Shown: piece by piece, positions 59,004 through 64,000 of the stretch
How positions within the stretch are numbered: the stretch's first letter is position 1
Layout: every line of letters starts with the position of its first letter
Source: Eubacteriales bacterium
Lineage (GTDB): Bacteria; Bacillota; Clostridia; Lachnospirales; Lachnospiraceae
Reading direction: 5' to 3'
Assembly (NCBI GenBank): GCA_030526715.1
Contig: JAUNCG010000004.1
Coordinates: 4,932 to 68,931, forward strand
DNA length: 64,000 bases
Notes under the pieces: model-generated
What the model was told of the DNA's origin: nothing
Databases searched by the model: none
Seen by the model: only the letters and a program-made list of their open reading frames with translations
Position numbers and translations under genes: made by a program

Positions 59004-60565
59004 GCGAGCTGTATCAGAAATTTTGCAGTACAAAACAGGAATCTCTGCGGCTGGAAACAGCCTCGCAGGGATTTTTTGCCGTTTACGGAGAAAAAATACA
59101 GAGCTTGCGGGAGGCTTCTGTTTCGGAAGAAGAGCATCGGGCATATGAGCGCTATCTTCGACTGCGTCTCAGACCTCTGCTGCAACAGCTTCTGGAGCAG
59201 AATGACATTAGGAAGCTGAAGCTTCTGGATGAACTCGGATGGCTGACACAGACAGAGCTGGATTTTTGTCTGAATGCGGCGAAGGAGAGCGGTCGATCAG
59301 GGATGGTACTGTGGCTGCTGCATCGAAAGGCGCATTATATGGCGCAAGACGCCTGCGGAGAAGCCGCGAAAAGTCCGGGAAGACAGGAATCCATGATGGC
59401 AGATCTGGGATCGCGCATCCTGAAGAGCTGTCGCAGCAGCTTATACCTGCTGTACCCGTATTTGGACGGAGCCTTTGCTGGACTTTCTTACAAAAAGTGG
59501 ACGTTAGAAGAAAAAGAGAACTATTCTGTAGACCTGAAGACGATCGCCACAGATGGGGAATGCATTTATTATAAAGAAGAGTTTCTGAAAAAAAGCTTCG
59601 GACATTCACCGGAGAGCGTGCGCAGAGGCTATCTTCATATGCTATTGCATTGCCTGTACCGTCATATGCTGCAGACCGCAGGGCAGGATGCGACAAAGCA
59701 GCGGCTGTGGAATCTGGCGTGCGATATGTTTGTGGAGGAAATTATAGAGAAAGAACAACAGCCGTTGCTGACGGAGCCGCAGGGGGAAGAACTGCGGGAG
59801 GCAATCATACGTCAAAGTCCGGAGGGCGCGGGGAGTCCGGAGGCATATTTTGAAAAGCTGTGCCGGGCAGAGTATCCGTTTTCAACGGGAGAGCTGGAGC
59901 AGGTATTTTGCTATGATGATCACAGCCTGTGGATGGTGTTGGATCGAAAGCAGAGCGTACTGCTTGAGAAAAAATGGGAGCGGATTCAGGAAAGCGCCGG
60001 AGAGGAAGGACAGGGAAGCCTCGGGCGGGCGGGGCAGAGCGCCGGAAGTATCATGGAAGAGCTTCGCGAACTGCAGAGGAGCGCCTATGATTACCGTCAT
60101 TTTCTGAAACAGTTCGCAGTGATGCGGGAGGAGCTGGAGATAGATCAGGAGAGCTTCGACTACGCATACTATCACTATGGGATGGCATACTACCGGAATC
60201 TTCCGTTGATCGAACCGCTGGAATATCGGGAAGTCGACCGGTTGTCAAAGCTGGTGATCGCTATAGATACCTCCGGCTCCTGTACGACAAAAATGGTGCG
60301 GCAGTTTCTGTCGGAGACCTATGGGATCCTCATGGAGAAGGAGAATTTTTTTGAAGGGCAGCTTGCGCGTGCATTTCGATTTACGGAGCAGTGCTTTGGA
60401 GAAGAGCAGGAAATGCTTTTGCTGGTATCCGGTTTGACGAGAAATCCGAGGATGGTAAGATTTCTGGGGGATTATGGATGTGAGGAATACGATCGCTGCA
60501 GCGCACAGCTGCTGTGTGAGGATGAGGAAGCGTTGCGCAGGATATGTAGTGAGGAAACGGAGTGA
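59000..60565 (+). CDS. DUF2201-like protein: putative metallopeptidase-like domain plus a short vWA-like domain
   Basis: GYLHMLLHCLYRH, with HMLLH (59636-59650) where the family has HExxH. IAIDTSGSC MIDAS-type DxSxS (60266-60280). Only ~94 aa follow the MIDAS motif. Confidence 0.45.
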   Translation: MSELYQKFCSTKQESLRLETASQGFFAVYGEKIQSLREASVSEEEHRAYERYLRLRLRPLLQQLLEQNDIRKLKLLDELGWLTQTELDFCLNAAKESGRSGMVLWLLHRKAHYMAQDACGEAAKSPGRQESMMADLGSRILKSCRSSLYLLYPYLDGAFAGLSYKKWTLEEKENYSVDLKTIATDGECIYYKEEFLKKSFGHSPESVRRGYLHMLLHCLYRHMLQTAGQDATKQRLWNLACDMFVEEIIEKEQQPLLTEPQGEELREAIIRQSPEGAGSPEAYFEKLCRAEYPFSTGELEQVFCYDDHSLWMVLDRKQSVLLEKKWERIQESAGEEGQGSLGRAGQSAGSIMEELRELQRSAYDYRHFLKQFAVMREELEIDQESFDYAYYHYGMAYYRNLPLIEPLEYREVDRLSKLVIAIDTSGSCTTKMVRQFLSETYGILMEKENFFEGQLARAFRFTEQCFGEEQEMLLLVSGLTRNPRMVRFLGDYGCEEYDRCSAQLLCEDEEALRRICSEETE

Positions 60566-60604
60566 TCCGGAGAGTAGACAGGATGATCAGGAGGCATACA
60601 GACT

Positions 60605-61750
60605 GTGAAATTTTTTCATTTGTCAGATTTACATATTGGATTAAAATTATTAAATCATGATCTGAGAGAGGATCAGGAATATATATTTCATCAGATAGCG
60701 GACTATGCCGGGGAGCATAGACCGGACGCCATTGTGATCGCGGGAGACATTTATGATAAGGCGATTCCATCTGCCGAGGCGGTGGAGCTCTTCGATGCAT
60801 TTGTCTCAGAACTATCAGCCAAAGCGCCGGAGGCAGAGCTGATGATGATCAGCGGGAACCATGACAGTGCGCAGAGAATCAATGTGTTTCGCACAATACT
60901 GCAGAAAAGAAATATTCATATGATCGGATTGCCGCCCGGAGGTGAGCAGGAGCGGATCGAAAAAGTGACATTGACGGATAGCTTCGGTCCTGTGAATTTT
61001 TATCTGCTGCCCTTTGTAAAGCCTTCTATGGTAAAACAGATCGTGGGTACGCAGGAAAATGGGAATGCTCTTTCTTATAATGAGACGCTGCATCGGCTGA
61101 TCGAAAGGGAGGAGCTCTGCCCGCAGGAGCGCAATGTGCTGGTGAGTCATCAATTTTATCTCCCGATGGGGAGCAGCGCGGAGCAGGTGGAACGTATGGA
61201 TTCGGAGATACGGACGGTTGGCAATGTAGATGAAGTGAAGGCGGACATACTGGAGCGTTTTGATTATGCGGCGCTGGGGCATATTCATAAACCAATGAAG
61301 GTCGGAAGCGATGCCTATCGATACTGCGGAACTCCGCTGGCCTGCTCTGTAAGTGAAGCGGGACAGCAAAAGGGCATCCTTGAGGTAGAGCTGGGGGCAA
61401 AAGGAGAGCTTCATACACAGGTGCTTCCGTTGCATCCGCTTCGGGAAGTGCGCATGCTGCATGGAACGCTGCAGGAGATTCTGGGACAGGGAAGTGAGGA
61501 TTATGTGTCGATTCTCCTGACGGACAGGGTGGATCTGGATGTGATAGATATGCAGGATCGTATCCGCAGCGTATTTCCGAATGTACTGGAAATACGTCGT
61601 GAGATCTGCCGGACATCCGATTACCGTGTGGAATATACTCCGGAGACAGAAAAAGATGTATTTACTCTGTGTACAGAGTTTTTGCAGGATTTGGATGAGG
61701 AAGAACAGAAGCTGCTGAGAGATGTGATCAACAGCATTCAGGAGGTGTGA
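60605..61750 (+). CDS. sbcD: exonuclease SbcCD, nuclease subunit SbcD
   Basis: MKFFHLSDLHIG, GDIYD, GNHD and GHIH calcineurin-like phosphoesterase motifs. GTG start. Confidence 0.9.
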   Translation: MKFFHLSDLHIGLKLLNHDLREDQEYIFHQIADYAGEHRPDAIVIAGDIYDKAIPSAEAVELFDAFVSELSAKAPEAELMMISGNHDSAQRINVFRTILQKRNIHMIGLPPGGEQERIEKVTLTDSFGPVNFYLLPFVKPSMVKQIVGTQENGNALSYNETLHRLIEREELCPQERNVLVSHQFYLPMGSSAEQVERMDSEIRTVGNVDEVKADILERFDYAALGHIHKPMKVGSDAYRYCGTPLACSVSEAGQQKGILEVELGAKGELHTQVLPLHPLREVRMLHGTLQEILGQGSEDYVSILLTDRVDLDVIDMQDRIRSVFPNVLEIRREICRTSDYRVEYTPETEKDVFTLCTEFLQDLDEEEQKLLRDVINSIQEV

Positions 61751-61754
61751 CGGG

Positions 61755-64000
61755 ATGCGACCATGGAAGCTGACAATGCAGGCCTTTGGGTCCTATGGAA
61801 AAAAGACAACGATAGATTTTGCAGACCCGAATCAGAATCTGTTTCTTATCACGGGAGATACCGGAGCGGGGAAGACGACCATCTTCGATGCCATTGTGTT
61901 CGCGATCTATGGGGAGGCGAGCTCCGGAAGCAATAAAAAGGATGGCTTTGAGCTGCAGAGCCAGTTTGCGGAGTATACTGTTGATCCGTATGTGGAATTG
62001 ACTTTTTCGGAGATGAGCGGGGGAGACGAGCAGTTTTACAGAGTGCGTCGGACTCCCCGACATCTGCGTCCTCTGAAACGGGGAAACGGACAGAAGGAGG
62101 AGAAAGAACAGGTTTCTCTGATCATGCCGGACGGTACTGAGTATGTGCAGAAAGAGACGGAGCGGAAACTGGAGGAGCTTATCGGACTCACCAAGGATCA
62201 GTTTATGCAGGTGGGAATGATCGCGCAGGGAGAATTCATGGAGCTGCTGAGGGCCAAATCAGATCAGAAAAAGCTCATCTTCCGCAAGCTGTTTCACACA
62301 GAGGTGTATCAGGATATCGTAGACGAGTTGGGACGGCGCAGAAAGGAGATGCAGTCTGCAATGGCGCAGATGAGAACTGCCTGCCAGACCGAGATTGCGC
62401 ATACCACGATCCCGGATGACTTCGATTCTTCAGAGGAGATGGAGGCGTTGAAACAGCGCATCATTTCTGCGGAAAAAATGAATGTTGCGGAGTTGGAAGG
62501 CTTTCAGGAGTATTTAAAGGAGCTTTGCGGCATTCTGGAGATGGAACAGACGAAGCTTTGCAAGATATTTGAAAAAGCAGGCAGAGAACGGGACGAAAGA
62601 CGGGATGCGGCAATTCGCGGACAGACGCTGGAGCAGTCTTTTATACAGAAACAGCAGGCAGAAGAAATATTGGCACAGTGCGCACAGCAGGAGGAGGAAT
62701 TCGGACGGATTAGGGACTTGATCAGAAATATTGATGCCGCATACGAGATTCAAAATGTTCATCTGAGGTATGAGGAAGCAGCAGAGCGTGTCAAAAAGAT
62801 GGAGGAAGCGCTGGAAACTCGCAGACAAAGACTGCCGGAGGAACAGGCGCGCTGTGAAAGGCTGTCCCGGGAGACGGATGCGGCAAAGGCGGAGCAGGAG
62901 CTATGGCAAAAAAAATATGAAGAAGCCCAGCTTCTGGTTGAGGAGACCTCAGAGGCTGCCGACATTTGGGAGCAGTTGAGAAAAGAACAGAGAAGAGCAG
63001 TGGGGATGCAGGAAGAATATGCTGTGGTGCGTGAGCAGTTTCAACAGAAAAATATAGAATATGTTTCCCTTCACAATGCATTCTTGGACGAACAGGCAGG
63101 GGTTCTGGCACAGGAAAAGCTGCGGCCGGGAGAACCCTGTCCGGTGTGCGGTTCTCTGGAGCATCCACATCCGAGGCGGATTTCTGAAAAATATCATGGA
63201 CTGACGAGACAGATGGTAGATGCCTTGAAAGAAGAAACCGATAGGTTGCAGGGAACTTTGACGGAAAAATCAACGGAAGCACATGCGGCGCTAGAGCTTC
63301 TTCGAGAAAAAGAAATCCAGTTTGAAGCTAGAGTACAGAAGCTGCATGAGCGCATGGAAAAGATGGCGGAGAGTGAAAACCTGCGAATGGTTTGTCAAAC
63401 GACACCGGTAAAGCTGAAAGAGCAGAAAGAATTTGAGGATCTTCGAGCAGCGAGGGAAGCGCTTCGCCGGGTGCAGGAGATCAAGGAAGCCAAAGAGACA
63501 GCATATGTCAGATCTGAGCGGGAAGCGCAGAAAGCAAAATCAGCAAGAGAAGAAACCGAGATTCTGATTCGTCAGTATACGGAGCAACTACCGGAGCTTC
63601 AGTCAGAGCAAAGTACATGCGCGGAGAAATATCGACGGGTATTGCAGGAAAAGGCATTTTTGGAGAGCTTGTCTGAGAAAGGAACGGACGAACATCAAAT
63701 TACTGGCGGCACATGGAAATGGATCGTGGAGCATCATCGAAAATCTGATGTCAGGGAATTGCAGCAGAAGCTTGACTATTATAATAGAAGGAAAGCTTCC
63801 GCAGAGGGAACTCTGGAGGCTGCAAGGAAGCTGATCGGAAAACAGGAACGCCCAAACATCGAGGAGCTTCAGAGACAGATGGAGGAATCGGAAGTAACCT
63901 TTCGATCTACGCGCTCAGCCTATGAACGGGTGAAGGAGGAGCTTCGCGTGAATCAGAGTGTACAGAATGCGCTGATGCCAAAGATGGAGGAGCGAGGCAG
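61755..64000 (+). CDS. sbcC: exonuclease SbcCD, ATPase subunit SbcC (3' end beyond the window)
   Basis: The frame is open to the end of the window, so it is absent from the ORF track. Walker A GDTGAGKTTIFDAI, long coiled-coil E/Q/K/R-rich sequence, and the zinc hook CPVC at 63138-63149. Confidence 0.85.
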   Translation, partial: MRPWKLTMQAFGSYGKKTTIDFADPNQNLFLITGDTGAGKTTIFDAIVFAIYGEASSGSNKKDGFELQSQFAEYTVDPYVELTFSEMSGGDEQFYRVRRTPRHLRPLKRGNGQKEEKEQVSLIMPDGTEYVQKETERKLEELIGLTKDQFMQVGMIAQGEFMELLRAKSDQKKLIFRKLFHTEVYQDIVDELGRRRKEMQSAMAQMRTACQTEIAHTTIPDDFDSSEEMEALKQRIISAEKMNVAELEGFQEYLKELCGILEMEQTKLCKIFEKAGRERDERRDAAIRGQTLEQSFIQKQQAEEILAQCAQQEEEFGRIRDLIRNIDAAYEIQNVHLRYEEAAERVKKMEEALETRRQRLPEEQARCERLSRETDAAKAEQELWQKKYEEAQLLVEETSEAADIWEQLRKEQRRAVGMQEEYAVVREQFQQKNIEYVSLHNAFLDEQAGVLAQEKLRPGEPCPVCGSLEHPHPRRISEKYHGLTRQMVDALKEETDRLQGTLTEKSTEAHAALELLREKEIQFEARVQKLHERMEKMAESENLRMVCQTTPVKLKEQKEFEDLRAAREALRRVQEIKEAKETAYVRSEREAQKAKSAREETEILIRQYTEQLPELQSEQSTCAEKYRRVLQEKAFLESLSEKGTDEHQITGGTWKWIVEHHRKSDVRELQQKLDYYNRRKASAEGTLEAARKLIGKQERPNIEELQRQMEESEVTFRSTRSAYERVKEELRVNQSVQNALMPKMEERG

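Noticed and set aside
60346-60352. T7 homopolymer as a possible frameshift site explaining the short C-terminus of the vWA-like protein (pseudogene call).
   Set aside because: Both alternative frames reach stop codons quickly: immediately in one, and after about 30 codons in the other. Neither reveals the expected vWA motifs. I cannot distinguish decay from a naturally short, divergent domain without an alignment, so I made no pseudogene call.
60605-64000. SbcD/SbcC as part of an SMC-type anti-phage system (Lamassu/Wadjet-like).
   Set aside because: The canonical Mre11-type phosphoesterase motifs, the Rad50-type Walker A and CPVC zinc hook, and the standard sbcD-sbcC order all fit the housekeeping nuclease. 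No accessory defence genes are recognised.
1-64000. Scan for CRISPR arrays, tRNA/rRNA genes, IS elements, integrases and large direct or inverted repeats.
   Set aside because: I saw no regularly spaced repeat array, no tRNA-like T-arm or acceptor signatures in the intergenic regions (all under 290 bp), and no transposase- or integrase-like ORFs. The two MATE genes are diverged paralogs, not a recent duplication.

Overview
This 64-kb window looks like ordinary chromosome from an anaerobic, spore-forming Firmicute, probably Clostridia and Lachnospiraceae-like. That placement is an inference from spoIIID, ytvI, feoA-feoA-feoB, glycyl-radical and corrinoid genes, and mid-range GC. I call about 62 protein-coding genes, most on the + strand. 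They cover housekeeping and transport or metabolism: mntP, D-lactate dehydrogenase, putP, hflX, csp, ilvE, Feo iron uptake, agcS, udk, a nucleoside ABC importer, an amino-acid ABC importer, a GH3/GH36 sugar locus, truA, coaX, nfo, larBC, purine nucleoside phosphorylase and sbcDC. I found no rRNA, tRNA, CRISPR array, transposase, integrase or prophage signature, and no obvious defence island. All product calls rest on motif and family recognition by eye. No BLAST or HMM search could be run, and start codons were adjusted using RBS and conserved N-termini. The most interesting observation is a YjjI/YjjW glycyl-radical enzyme and activase pair, a family with no assigned reaction. It sits between the substrate-binding gene and the ATPase and permease genes of a BMP/Nup-type nucleoside ABC importer, which gives a testable substrate hypothesis. 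Secondary leads are: (1) an orphan corrinoid module (RACo-like activase, DUF2284, corrinoid protein, PucR regulator) with no methyltransferase; (2) larB-larC without larE or larA, overlapped by a RelA/SpoT-type HD hydrolase gene; (3) an asparagine-synthase homolog lacking the N-terminal nucleophile; (4) a translationally coupled unknown-protein and degenerate metallopeptidase/vWA pair upstream of sbcDC; (5) several phased repeat or operator candidates in leaders.
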